NCBI GenBank assembly: GCA_963665255.1
Contig: OY762210.1
Span: 2,366,929-2,430,928, forward strand
Reading direction: 5' to 3'
Length of the DNA stretch: 64,000 nt
DNA from: Dehalococcoidia bacterium
GTDB lineage: Bacteria > Chloroflexota > Dehalococcoidia > Lucifugimonadales > UBA1123
Under the pieces are notes generated by a model. The model was not told where the DNA came from. It saw nothing but the letters and a program-made list of their open reading frames with translations, and did no database searches. The position numbers and the translations under genes were made by a program. This document shows, in pieces, positions 37,004-46,291 of this stretch (position 1 is its first letter; every line of letters begins with the position of its first letter).

Positions 37004-37606
37004 ATGAATGGAAACTACAAAATCAGGCTGGCAACTGAGGCAGACGCCGAGGGTATGCTGGCGATCTATACACCAATCGTGCTGGAGACGGCCATCTCAT
37101 TCGAGCTGGATCCCCCTTCAGTGGATGAGTTCCAGTCGCGAATCAGGTCCACACTGACTCGGACGCCATGGCTTGTCTGCGAGATCAACGGCGAAGTGGC
37201 CGGCTACGCCTATGCCGGGCCCCTCAGGACAAGGGCTGCATACCAGTGGTCGGTCGAGGTAACCGTTTACGTGAACGCCGATTACAGGCGGCTCGGCGTT
37301 GGCTCTGCGGTCTACACCTCGCTCTTCGACTGTCTGCGCCTCTTAGGCTACTGGAACGCATACGCAGCCATCACGCTACCTAACGCGGGCAGCGTCGGTC
37401 TGCATGAAAGAATGGGTTTCTTCCAGATTGGCACCTACCACAATGTCGGCTACAAGTTCGGGACCTGGCATGACGTTGGATGGTGGCAGTCTGAACTGGG
37501 ACCGCTCCCGCAAGAGCCAGTTACCCCAGTGTTATTGCCCAACATGCGGGATACTGACGAATTCCAGGAGAGTATCTCGACAGGCTTAGCAAGGCTCAGG
37601 CTGTGA
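37004..37606 (+). CDS. GNAT N-acetyltransferase, phosphinothricin-acetyltransferase-like
   Basis: IRLATEADAEGMLAIY, YRRLGVGSAVY (acetyl-CoA loop) and GSVGLHERMGF patterns are typical of the PAT/bar family. Confidence 0.8.
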   Translation: MNGNYKIRLATEADAEGMLAIYTPIVLETAISFELDPPSVDEFQSRIRSTLTRTPWLVCEINGEVAGYAYAGPLRTRAAYQWSVEVTVYVNADYRRLGVGSAVYTSLFDCLRLLGYWNAYAAITLPNAGSVGLHERMGFFQIGTYHNVGYKFGTWHDVGWWQSELGPLPQEPVTPVLLPNMRDTDEFQESISTGLARLRL

Positions 37607-37654
37607 CTCCAACGAGTTTTTCAACGCCTGACTCTCAGAACACGGAGCAAAGAA

Positions 37655-38611
37655 ATGACTAAAGTCGCAGTTCTGGACGACTACCAAAGCGTCGCACTTC
37701 AAATGGCCGACTGGGACTCTCTTCCAGGCGACGTCTCGGTCGACGTGTTCCAGGACCATCTAACGGAAGAGGGCGATCTCGTGGCTCGTCTCGCTCCGTA
37801 CGAAGTCGTGGTCGCTATGCGCGAGCGTACCCCGTTCCAGAGGTCACTACTGGAGCGTCTTCCCAACCTGCGGCTATTGGTGACTACTGGTATGCGAAAC
37901 GCATCCATCGACATCGCAGCGGCTGCGGATAACGGGGTCACTGTCTGCGGCACAGAGGGCGTTCCCTACCCAACTGCCGAGTTGACATGGGGACTGATCC
38001 TGGCCCTGCTGCGAAAGATACCCACCGAAGACAAGGCGACACGGGAGGGCCGATGGCAGGTGACCGTAGGCGAAGGCCTGCATGGTAAGACGCTTGGCGT
38101 AATCGGACTCGGCAGGCTGGGCTCGCAGGTCGCCTCAGTCGGAGTCGCGTTCGGAATGAACGTCATCGCATGGAGTCAGAACCTGACGGCCGAGCGAGCC
38201 GAGGAGGTCGGCGCGACTCTTGTTACGAAGCAGGAGCTACTGGAGTCCTCAGACGTCGTCACAATTCACGTTGTACTGAGCGGACGAACGCGAGGCCTAA
38301 TTGGGGTAGACGAACTCTCATCGATGAAGTCTTCAGCGTATCTCGTCAACACGTCGCGGGGTCCAATCGTTGACGAGCCAGCCCTTATAGACTCCCTGCA
38401 AACCGGGACCATTGCAGGAGCAGGCCTCGACGTTTTCGACATCGAGCCGCTGCCCCTGGATCATCCGCTCCGGTCCATTCCGAACACAGTTCTCACCCCA
38501 CACATGGGCTACGTAACCGACGAGACTTACCAGGTCTTCTACGGGGACGCCGTCGAGAACATCAAGGCTTACCTGAACGGGAGCCCCGTGCGGGTAATTC
38601 AGGCTGGATGA
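37655..38611 (+). CDS. D-isomer-specific 2-hydroxyacid dehydrogenase (PGDH-like)
   Basis: GKTLGVIGLGRLGSQVA, NTSRGPIVDEPAL, LDVFDIEPL and TPHMGY motifs. Confidence 0.88.
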   Translation: MTKVAVLDDYQSVALQMADWDSLPGDVSVDVFQDHLTEEGDLVARLAPYEVVVAMRERTPFQRSLLERLPNLRLLVTTGMRNASIDIAAAADNGVTVCGTEGVPYPTAELTWGLILALLRKIPTEDKATREGRWQVTVGEGLHGKTLGVIGLGRLGSQVASVGVAFGMNVIAWSQNLTAERAEEVGATLVTKQELLESSDVVTIHVVLSGRTRGLIGVDELSSMKSSAYLVNTSRGPIVDEPALIDSLQTGTIAGAGLDVFDIEPLPLDHPLRSIPNTVLTPHMGYVTDETYQVFYGDAVENIKAYLNGSPVRVIQAG

Positions 38612-38633
38612 ACGCCTGAACCACAGTCGGCTC

Positions 38634-39809
38634 CTACTGCCCTCCGAATGTAACGTGTGACCTCAGGTAGTCCATGTCCATCTCGATGCCAAGGCCAGGG
38701 GTGTCAGGGACGTACAGGTCGCCATTGCGTATGTCCAGACCGGGTTCGATGAACGCACCGTATGCGCCGAGGTCGTACCTCATCGTCTCGAGCTTGTAGA
38801 AGTTGGGTGTAGTCATCATCACATGGGCGCCGGCCAGGACGTTGATAGGGCCGCTCGCGTCGTGTGGCGACACCGGCACGTAGTACGCTTCCGCCATAGT
38901 CGAGATCTTCTTCAGCTCAGTGATGCCGCCGGTCCACGTGACGTCAGGCATGACGAAGTCAGCGAGGCTGTTCTCAAAGATCGGGACGAACTCCCATCGT
39001 GTATGCAGCCGCTCGCCAACTGAGATCTTCACCGAGGTCTCGCGCCTGACCTGCTCAAGGGCGCGGTAGCTCTCGACTCGCACAGGCTCCTCAAACCAGT
39101 GAATATCGTGCTTGGCCAGCCGGTTTGCAAGCTCTATGGCGGTCGGCACGTTGTACATGCCATGAGCGTCGATCAGGATCTCGATATCCGGCCCAATGGC
39201 CTCGCGCACCGCTCCGACGATCTCATCCGCTGTTGCGATGCCCTCCCGGCTGAGCTGCCCGTCGAGAAAGCCGTCGTTCCCGCCAGGTATAAATCTCATC
39301 ATAGGGTCGAACTTGAACGCCTCGTAACCAGCGTCGATTATCTGCTGTGCGTCTGCGATGGCATCAGGTGCGTTTCGAGGCTCAGGTGGGTGCGTGTACA
39401 GGGCAATCCTGTCCCGTACTGGTCCGCCGAGCAGTTCGTAGATGGGAAGCCCCAGCTCTTTGCCCCGGATGTCCCATAGCGCAATGTCGATTCCGCTGAT
39501 GAGTGCGGTCGTCGCACCCCTAGAACCGACATAAGTGAAGGAATGGAAGATCTTCGACCACAGACGCTCGAAGTGGTTGGTACTCTCCCCTTCGAGGAAC
39601 TCGCTGACCTGCCCCACCATCGCGGCCACGGCCCGATTGGCGACGGGGCCAGGATACGTGGTGATCTCTCCCCATCCCGTGATTCCCTCGTCCGTATCGA
39701 CCTGTACGAGCACCAGATTTCGGTCGTTGACGACCTTCTCCTGCTCTACTCCGATCCGCATCTCCCAGGGGAAGCTGACGATCCAGGGGGTCACTTTCGT
39801 TATCTTCAT
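38634..39809 (-). CDS. enolase-superfamily enzyme, mandelate racemase subgroup
   Basis: MKITKVTP..., VDTDEGITGWGE and ISGIDIALWDIRGKELGLPIYELLGG motifs. Start at ATG 39809 preceded by GGAGA. The 143 upstream codons of the track ORF cross the divergent intergenic region. Confidence 0.88.
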   Translation of the reverse strand: MKITKVTPWIVSFPWEMRIGVEQEKVVNDRNLVLVQVDTDEGITGWGEITTYPGPVANRAVAAMVGQVSEFLEGESTNHFERLWSKIFHSFTYVGSRGATTALISGIDIALWDIRGKELGLPIYELLGGPVRDRIALYTHPPEPRNAPDAIADAQQIIDAGYEAFKFDPMMRFIPGGNDGFLDGQLSREGIATADEIVGAVREAIGPDIEILIDAHGMYNVPTAIELANRLAKHDIHWFEEPVRVESYRALEQVRRETSVKISVGERLHTRWEFVPIFENSLADFVMPDVTWTGGITELKKISTMAEAYYVPVSPHDASGPINVLAGAHVMMTTPNFYKLETMRYDLGAYGAFIEPGLDIRNGDLYVPDTPGLGIEMDMDYLRSHVTFGGQ

Positions 39810-39886
39810 TTGACGTATCTCCAAGTGTCGGACTTTGGGGTTGAATTGTACCGGATTAATGGTGAAACCGAAGTTCTGAATTACCT

Positions 39887-39915
39887 TTGCGTATACGGAA
39901 ACTTTCTGATAGATT
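39887..39915 (+). promoter_or_regulatory. candidate promoter of the RdhA/QueG-like gene
   Basis: TTGCGT (39887-39892), 17-nt spacing to TAGATT (39910-39915), with TG at 39907-39908 (extended -10). Confidence 0.3.
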
Positions 39916-39989
39916 ACGCGGCAGGCCAGCAAACATGGCTCATAGCGTGCGCAACATGCGCGAGACGTCTCTGTAAGGAGGGGATAGTT

Positions 39990-41300
39990 GTGGCTAAAGC
40001 AGTAAGTCATATCGTAGAGCGTCCAGGCAGAAGAGTGGGGCACGCTACATACACCATCCCCGTACCGGAAGACCTGGTGACTACGCCGGGGATTCCCACC
40101 AGGGACAAGGACGTAACTTTCTTCAGCAGAGAGTACCCCCTCGAGAACATGGCCATCGAAGAGAGCGCATCCGTCGACTGGGCCAGGGTGCAGCGCGAGG
40201 AGTACACGCCTGAGTCTGTAGAGTTCTTCGAAGAGCACCAGAAGGAAATGGACCCGATCGTCGAATGGGTCAGGACCAGCGGTGAGCTGGAACCAACCGC
40301 AACGCCAACCGGCGAGGACGTCACCGAGCTCATTCGCCAGAAGGCCTACGAGCTAGGCTACGGCGAGGTGGGGTTCACCAAGAACGACGGTCACTACGTC
40401 TATGCCAGCCGAAAGCCTCAGTTGCGACGCGATCTGCCCAACGCGATCTGCCTCGCACTGGAGCAGGACTACCGCAAGACCCAGACAATTCCCAGCATGG
40501 AAGCCGAAGACACTCACTTCGGCACCTACTTCAACCAGGGCCCCCTGACCATGGAACTGACCGCCTACATCAGGTCGCTCGGTTACAACATCCAGGTGTC
40601 AGGACCGACGTGGCACTACGGCCCAATGATCCCGATGTTCGTGGCTGCTGGCCTCGGCCAGCTTGGCGCGAATGGCCAGCTACTTTCGCCGCACTTCGGC
40701 TCCAGGGCCCGTCTGCAGATCATCTACACCGACGCGAACATTACTCATGACCAGCCCGTAGACTACGGAATCCACCAGTTCTGCCAGGAATGCAAGGTCT
40801 GTGTGGACCGCTGCCCAGGCCGCGCGCTAATGCCCGACAAGGTCTGGTACCGGGGCGTAGAGAAGAACAAGCTCGTCTTCAAGCGATGCAGGCCAGTTAT
40901 GGCCAGGTACGAGGGTTGCGGCATCTGCATGAAGGTATGCCCGATCCAGAAGTACGGCATGAAGCCGGTAATGGAGCACTACCTCGCCACCGACGGCGAG
41001 ATACTCGGCAAGCGGACCGAGAACCTCGAGGGCTACGAGTTGTCTGACAAGGGCTACTTCGGTCCCGGTCAGTTGCCAAGCTTCAAGAGGGACTTCTTCG
41101 ACATGCCTCAGGGGCGCGCAGAAGACTGGGTATTCGTCGAGTTCCGCAACAAGCTCATGGACATCCACGGTGGCGGCAACGGAAATGGCAACGGTCATAC
41201 TGAAGACGACGAGATGTGGGACGACTTCAGGAACCACCTGGAAGAGACGATCGAGACCAGGCGAGAAGCCGCTGACATGGGCATGGACCGCGGAATCTAG
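39990..41300 (+). CDS. cytoplasmic 4Fe-4S protein of the reductive dehalogenase / epoxyqueuosine reductase (RdhA/QueG) superfamily
   Basis: GTG 39990 lies 8 nt after AAGGAGG. Features are YELGYGEVGF, RARLQIIYTDANITHDQPVDYG, and two cluster motifs CQECKVCVDRCP (40782-40817) and CRPVMARYEGCGICMKVCP (40887-40943). No twin-arginine signal. Confidence 0.6.
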   Translation: MAKAVSHIVERPGRRVGHATYTIPVPEDLVTTPGIPTRDKDVTFFSREYPLENMAIEESASVDWARVQREEYTPESVEFFEEHQKEMDPIVEWVRTSGELEPTATPTGEDVTELIRQKAYELGYGEVGFTKNDGHYVYASRKPQLRRDLPNAICLALEQDYRKTQTIPSMEAEDTHFGTYFNQGPLTMELTAYIRSLGYNIQVSGPTWHYGPMIPMFVAAGLGQLGANGQLLSPHFGSRARLQIIYTDANITHDQPVDYGIHQFCQECKVCVDRCPGRALMPDKVWYRGVEKNKLVFKRCRPVMARYEGCGICMKVCPIQKYGMKPVMEHYLATDGEILGKRTENLEGYELSDKGYFGPGQLPSFKRDFFDMPQGRAEDWVFVEFRNKLMDIHGGGNGNGNGHTEDDEMWDDFRNHLEETIETRREAADMGMDRGI

Positions 41301-41333
41301 TTTCAAGGTCACGTCCATCTAAGTAATCGGCAT

Positions 41334-41398
41334 CAGGGCATTTTGGCAGGTAGGGTCAGTACGATCCGAACGTGCCGGAATGCCCTGAGTCTTTTCTC
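41334..41398 (+). terminator. long imperfect hairpin plus U-tract; candidate terminator after the RdhA/QueG-like gene
   Basis: CAGGGCATT (41334-41342) pairs with AATGCCCTG (41379-41387). Inner helices are GGCA/TGCC and GGGTC/GATCC. Followed by CTTTTCTC. Confidence 0.45.
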
Positions 41399-41445
41399 AA
41401 AAGCAGATTGAATTCGGACGGAGCGAATGTCCTTCGAGGTCAACT

Positions 41446-43029
41446 ATGTATGACGTAATCATCTCCGGCGGGAACGTAGTAGATGGAAGCGGCAGACGCA
41501 GCTTCAGGGCCGACGTTGGAATCGGAGGCGACAGGATTACCGCCGTTGGCGATCTGGCAGCCTCAGAAGCACGGCGCGTCATCAACGCAACCGGCCTCAC
41601 GGTAGCACCTGGATTCATTGATACGCATGCCCACTCAGACGGCGTGCTGCTAATAGATCCTCAGCACGCAAATGGGCTGCGCCAGGGTATCACCACAGAG
41701 ATCCTCGGCCAGGACGGGTTGAGCTACGCTCCGATGTCTCCCGACAACTACCGAACGTACCGGCGATACCTGTCCGGCATCCTGGGCGAGCCGCCTGAAG
41801 ACCTGGACATGTCGAGCGTGGCTGCGTTCCGATCACACTACGATGAAAGAGTCTCGATCAACACTGCCTACAACATCGCACACGGCGCGATTCGCTTGGA
41901 AACTGTCGGGTTCGAGGACGTCCCTCTCAGAGGAGAGGCGCTTGCCAAGGCGCTCGGTCTCGTTCGACAGGGAATGGAAGAAGGCGCCGTCGGCTTCGCA
42001 ACAGGAATGTCCTACCACCCCAATGCATGGAGCGACACGGACGAGCTAGTCGCCATCTGCGAAGTGGTCGCCGAGTACGGCGGTGTGTACACCACACACC
42101 TGCGAGACGTGAATACCGACCGCGGCTATGGCGGCGGCGGCGTGCCTGAGGCCCTGGAGATAGGACGCAGGTCGGGAGTGAAAGTCCACTTCTCACACTA
42201 CAGGACACAGGCATCCAATGCCGGTCAGGTCGCTGAGCAGATGGAGCTGATTGATAAGGCTAAGGCCGAGGGCGTCGACTGCACCCTCGAACTGTACCCC
42301 TACCCCACAGGAAGCTCGTTCCCGCTGAGCTTCCTTCCGACAGACGTCCATGAGGGAGGACCGGACGCCATCATGGCCCGCCTGCGAGACGGCCGTCGCA
42401 GAAGTCGACTTGTAAGGGAACTCGAAGACAATCCCCGCAGGACACTGGAGGACGCGGTATTCACATACATGAAGGTGAACAAGGACCTCGAAGGCATGAG
42501 CCTTCCGGACGTTGCAGCGCTTCGTGGCAACGACAGCCTTGGCGACACCCTGATCGACCTGCTTGAAGAAGAAGATGGCCAGATTTGCTACCGCGGCGCA
42601 CCGCCGGACAGCGTCCGCGTATGGGACCAGATCAGCAGGGACGCGATGGAGTTCCTTTCACGGCCTGACTACATGGTGGGAAGCGACGCAATCCCCATCG
42701 GGTCGATGCCACATCCCCGTGCCTACGGCTGTTTCCCGAGATTCCTGGGAAGGCTGCGCAAGAAGCACCCGGTCATCAGCCTGGAACAGACCGTCCAGCG
42801 GATGACTGACAACGCCGCACAGCGGTTCGGCCTGACTGACCGTGGACGCATAGAGCGTGGCAGGTATGCCGACATCGTGGTATTCGACGCCGAGCACGTG
42901 ATCGACAACGCCACCTACGACGATCCAGTCCAGTTCCCCACAGGTATTCCGTTCGTGCTGGTCAACGGCCAGGTAGCTGTCGACAGCGAACGATGCACCG
43001 GAGTGCTAGCAGGTAGAGCAGTCCCGTAG
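41446..43029 (+). CDS. N-acyl-D-amino-acid deacylase (D-aminoacylase) family amidohydrolase
   Basis: 527 aa. YDVIISGGNVVDGSG...IGIGGDRITAVGDL...APGFIDTHAHSD matches the D-aminoacylase N-terminus and metal motif. Confidence 0.85.
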   Translation: MYDVIISGGNVVDGSGRRSFRADVGIGGDRITAVGDLAASEARRVINATGLTVAPGFIDTHAHSDGVLLIDPQHANGLRQGITTEILGQDGLSYAPMSPDNYRTYRRYLSGILGEPPEDLDMSSVAAFRSHYDERVSINTAYNIAHGAIRLETVGFEDVPLRGEALAKALGLVRQGMEEGAVGFATGMSYHPNAWSDTDELVAICEVVAEYGGVYTTHLRDVNTDRGYGGGGVPEALEIGRRSGVKVHFSHYRTQASNAGQVAEQMELIDKAKAEGVDCTLELYPYPTGSSFPLSFLPTDVHEGGPDAIMARLRDGRRRSRLVRELEDNPRRTLEDAVFTYMKVNKDLEGMSLPDVAALRGNDSLGDTLIDLLEEEDGQICYRGAPPDSVRVWDQISRDAMEFLSRPDYMVGSDAIPIGSMPHPRAYGCFPRFLGRLRKKHPVISLEQTVQRMTDNAAQRFGLTDRGRIERGRYADIVVFDAEHVIDNATYDDPVQFPTGIPFVLVNGQVAVDSERCTGVLAGRAVP

Positions 43030-43055
43030 GGTTACCCGGGGACTGCTGCTCTTAC

Positions 43056-43799
43056 ATGCCGGATATCATCGAGGCTGCAATCGCGGCCGTCGTCATGTTC
43101 ATGGGCTCGACCGTGCTGTCTACTGTCGGGTTCGGTATCGGGATGACGACCATCCCGGTCCTGCTCTTCGTGTTCGACCCCCAGACAGTCGTCGTGGTGG
43201 TCAACACTGTCTCGCTGATTCTCTTTGTCCTCATTGTCATCCAGAACCGGACTGAGCTTCACTTCAGGCGCGTCATGCCTATGGCGCTCGCGGGCCTGGC
43301 TGCGGTACCGGTGGGTGTTTTTGTACTGAAAGAGACTGACTCTCACGCCCTCAAGATTGCGATCTCCGCAATCACGATCTTGCTCACGGTCATGGTCGCA
43401 TCGCGGACGCAGGCTCCGATACCACGAGGGCTGTTCGCAGGACTTGTCGTTGCCTTCCTTGTCTCCGCCACGCTGAACGCACTAGGGATAGGCGGGCCGG
43501 TGATGGCACTGTACATTTTCGCCCAGAACTGGAGCAGGAACGCCGTCCGTGGGGCGCTGTCATTGTATTTCCTGTTCGTGGAGACAGCAGGTGTGATCGG
43601 TTACAGCGTTGCCGGACTGATGACGACCGAGCGCATCTCGCTGATACTCATCGTTATCATTCCGGTAGGTATTGGCTTCTACCTGGCAACCCACCTTGTC
43701 AGGCGGATGAACGAAACAGTCTTTCGCCGGGCAACTGTGGCGGCGATAGTCATCATGTGCGGAATGACCCTGGCGCGAGAGGTCATCTCGCTGGTATAG
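43056..43799 (+). CDS. TauE/SafE-family anion permease (sulfite/organosulfonate exporter-like)
   Basis: 247 aa with about 8 TM helices and Gly-rich helices (GFGIGMTTIP, GIGGPVMA) in two halves, as in TauE/SafE. Confidence 0.6.
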   Translation: MPDIIEAAIAAVVMFMGSTVLSTVGFGIGMTTIPVLLFVFDPQTVVVVVNTVSLILFVLIVIQNRTELHFRRVMPMALAGLAAVPVGVFVLKETDSHALKIAISAITILLTVMVASRTQAPIPRGLFAGLVVAFLVSATLNALGIGGPVMALYIFAQNWSRNAVRGALSLYFLFVETAGVIGYSVAGLMTTERISLILIVIIPVGIGFYLATHLVRRMNETVFRRATVAAIVIMCGMTLAREVISLV

Positions 43800-43836
43800 G
43801 ATGGACAGGTCGCACTCACACTACGGAGAAGAATAG

Positions 43837-44976
43837 ATGAAAATAACTAAAGTGGAATCCATTGGCGTCAGCAGGTACCTGTACGCCAGAATCCACACCG
43901 ACGAAGGCATCACCGGGCTCGGCGAGTCCGGCGCATGGGGCTACCTGGAGGCGTCCAAGGCTGCAATTGATCTGTTAGGCCGATATCTCATCGGAAAGGA
44001 CCCGCTGAGAATCGAGCACCACTGGCAGTACATGTACCGCTTCTCTCATTTTCGGGGTGCCGCAATCATGGGCGCCATTAGTGCCCTCGACATCGCAATG
44101 TGGGACATCGCTGGCAAGCACTTCGGCGTTCCCACCTACCAGCTTCTTGGTGGCAAGGTCCGCGACAAGGCCCGCGTGTACTACCACGTATTCGGCGACA
44201 CTAGAGAAACGCTCGTAAAGGGGGTCAAAGACGCCAAGCAGATGGGATTCACGGCGGTTGGACACCTGACTCCGTTCCTCGATGAAGATCGCGAAGTACC
44301 CTACTTCAAGACCCACGCAAACAAGATCAAGGAGGCAATTAGCGCCGTTGGCATGTACAGGGACGCCGTCGGTGACGATGTCGACCTCTGCATCGAGATC
44401 CACAGGCGTCTCAGTCCCGCCGAGGCCATCGCCCTGGCAAGGGGCATCGAGCAGTTCTATCCCTTCTTCTATGAGGACCCGATCCTGCCCGACAACTTTG
44501 ATGCCATGGAGCTGGTCGCACAGCACATCAACATCCCCATCGCCACAGGGGAGCGTCTGCACACGATCCACGAGTTCGAGATGCTGCTCAAGCGCGGCGC
44601 GGTACAGTACGTGCGGCCCGACGTCTGCATGGTCGGCGGCATAACGCACGCGAAGAAGATCGCGGCCCTGGCCGAGGCCCACTACGTGGGTGTCGTACCC
44701 CACAATCCGCTTAGCCCGGTCAGCACCGCAGCGTGCCTTCAGATCGCAGCTTGCATACCCAACTTCTCCTTACAAGAGTACCCCACGGGCGAGCATGAGC
44801 CTCCCAAGTCCGAGATCGTAAAGTCTGCGGTGACTCAGGAGAATGGCTACCTGATCATCCCGGACGCGCCGGGAATAGGCATCGAACTAGCCGAGGACGC
44901 CGCCGAGAAGCACCCGTTCACTCCAAGAGTCGTCTCCACGCGTCTGCACGAAGACGGCTCGGTGATCGACCAATAG
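43837..44976 (+). CDS. enolase-superfamily enzyme, mandelate racemase subgroup (DgoD/ManD-like)
   Basis: MKITKVESIG..IHTDEGITGLGE and ISALDIAMWDIAGKHFGVPTYQLLGG motifs. GGAGAAG RBS. Confidence 0.88.
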   Translation: MKITKVESIGVSRYLYARIHTDEGITGLGESGAWGYLEASKAAIDLLGRYLIGKDPLRIEHHWQYMYRFSHFRGAAIMGAISALDIAMWDIAGKHFGVPTYQLLGGKVRDKARVYYHVFGDTRETLVKGVKDAKQMGFTAVGHLTPFLDEDREVPYFKTHANKIKEAISAVGMYRDAVGDDVDLCIEIHRRLSPAEAIALARGIEQFYPFFYEDPILPDNFDAMELVAQHINIPIATGERLHTIHEFEMLLKRGAVQYVRPDVCMVGGITHAKKIAALAEAHYVGVVPHNPLSPVSTAACLQIAACIPNFSLQEYPTGEHEPPKSEIVKSAVTQENGYLIIPDAPGIGIELAEDAAEKHPFTPRVVSTRLHEDGSVIDQ

Positions 44977-44977
44977 C

Positions 44978-46171
44978 ATGGAAATCCAAGTCAGAACGAT
45001 CACAGACGACGAGTTCGACGAGTGGTCACGAGCCGAGGCTCGCGGGTTCGGCACCCACGCTAGCGACAAGTACGTCGAGGTCGCCCGTACATTTGCCGAG
45101 ATCGACCGCACTTTCGGCGCGTTCGATGGCTCAGAGATAGTCGGAACGACCACCACGCGCACTTCGGAGCTAACCGTTCCGGGTGGGACAGTGCCGCTGG
45201 GATATGTTGACGATGTCTCGGTCTTCCCCACTCACCGGCGCCGTGGAATCCTCAGACAGATGATGCGGGCGCAACTGGACCAGATGCACGAGAGAGGAGA
45301 GCCTTTCTCTGCATTGACGGCCTCTGAGAGCCTCATCTACGGGCGTTTTGGTTATGGCATCGCATCATGGACCGAACAGTGGAACATAGATCGCCGCCAT
45401 ACCGCATTGCAGTCGCCCCCATGTGCCAGAGGGAAGACTGTTTTCGTCGACCCTGAATTCGCCCGCTCAGAATGGCCTCGACTTCACCAGCGGATCAGGC
45501 CAGACAGGCTTGGCATGGTCAGGTATAGCGACGCCTACTGGGGGGCCGCGCTGTTCGACTCAGAAGGCCAACGACGAGGAGCAAGCAAATTCTTTCACGT
45601 CGCCTATCGGCGGGATGGCAAAGTGTCCGGCCTCTGCTCGTACCGCATCAGGGACAGCCAAGTGCTGGTTGTCTTCATACTCGGCGAAGACCCTGAGGTG
45701 GAGGGGGAACTATGGCGTTACTGCTTCGGTATCGACCTGATGACCGAGATTCACGGCTTCAACCGACCCGTTGACGACGCCCTGCCGTGGCGCCTGAATG
45801 ACGCTCGCAGGCTAAGCCGCACAACAACCGACCACCTGTGGCTGAGACTGATAGACGTCAATGCCGCCCTGACAGCGCGGCACTACGGCTGCTCAGGTGT
45901 GCTTAACCTTCGGGTGTCTGATGACTTCTGTACGTGGAACGATGGAATCTACACCCTGGAAGCAGATCAGAGCGGCGCACTCTGTACCTCCTCGGACAGG
46001 AAACCCGACCTGCATCTGTCAGTTGCGGACCTCGCGGCTGTCTACCTGGGTGGGACTTCCTTTTCATCCCTTGCAGCGGCAGGTCGCGTTCGGTCGTCGA
46101 CCAGGGACGCTCTCCAATTGGCCGACCGCATGTTCCGCACCGATCGCGCCCCGTGGTTCGTAGAGCTTTGA
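44978..46171 (+). CDS. Eis-like GNAT acetyltransferase (GNAT + GNAT-like + SCP2-like C-terminus)
   Basis: 397 aa. N-terminal IRTITDDEFDEW..RGFG and acetyl-CoA loop HRRRGILRQMM. The length and layout are typical of Eis-family enzymes. Starts 1 nt after the enolase stop. Confidence 0.7.
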   Translation: MEIQVRTITDDEFDEWSRAEARGFGTHASDKYVEVARTFAEIDRTFGAFDGSEIVGTTTTRTSELTVPGGTVPLGYVDDVSVFPTHRRRGILRQMMRAQLDQMHERGEPFSALTASESLIYGRFGYGIASWTEQWNIDRRHTALQSPPCARGKTVFVDPEFARSEWPRLHQRIRPDRLGMVRYSDAYWGAALFDSEGQRRGASKFFHVAYRRDGKVSGLCSYRIRDSQVLVVFILGEDPEVEGELWRYCFGIDLMTEIHGFNRPVDDALPWRLNDARRLSRTTTDHLWLRLIDVNAALTARHYGCSGVLNLRVSDDFCTWNDGIYTLEADQSGALCTSSDRKPDLHLSVADLAAVYLGGTSFSSLAAAGRVRSSTRDALQLADRMFRTDRAPWFVEL

Positions 46172-46197
46172 TTGCCTACCAGCCCCAAGAATCGCTG

Positions 46198-46206
46198 TGC
46201 TAGAAT
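46198..46206 (+). promoter_or_regulatory. candidate extended -10 promoter TGcTAGAAT of rplY
   Basis: TGCTAGAAT lies 86 nt upstream of ATG 46292. It is preceded by the same GAATCGCTG as the HAD promoter (14-mer identity 46189-46202 vs 4150-4163). Confidence 0.4.
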
Positions 46207-46291
46207 TGTCCGTCGCGGTTCCTATTTCTAAACAATCCCTCGTGGTTGAATGGGACCGCCCAAAACCGACTCTACCAGCAGGAGCTCCTAA

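Noticed and set aside
39543-40238. Mutually overlapping 5' extensions of track ORFs 39543-41300(+) and 38634-40238(-)
   Set aside because: Both long ORFs run through the divergent intergenic region. Family-conserved N-termini and good RBSs are found at ATG 39809(-) and GTG 39990(+), so the extensions are not coding. The same logic was used to trim 3832-4176, 10211-10291, 27309-27476, 48082-48135, 53504-53590, 56807-56896 and 60229-60360.
39990-41300. Respiratory organohalide reductase (rdhA) call
   Set aside because: There is no TAT signal, no rdhB anchor gene and no rdh regulators. Only superfamily-level motifs are visible, so the gene was called RdhA/QueG-like and not a dehalogenase.
43975-44703. 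242-aa ORF antisense to the enolase gene. Similar cases at 47386-48189 and 60406-61341.
   Set aside because: All three are nested antisense to genes with clear family motifs and have no independent start signals.
43837-44976. Calling the operon enolase an N-succinylamino-acid racemase
   Set aside because: Its N-terminus and the WD..GK...P.YQLLGG region resemble DgoD/ManD-type acid-sugar dehydratases more than OSBS/NSAR enzymes. The racemase idea is kept only as a hypothesis in the operon finding.
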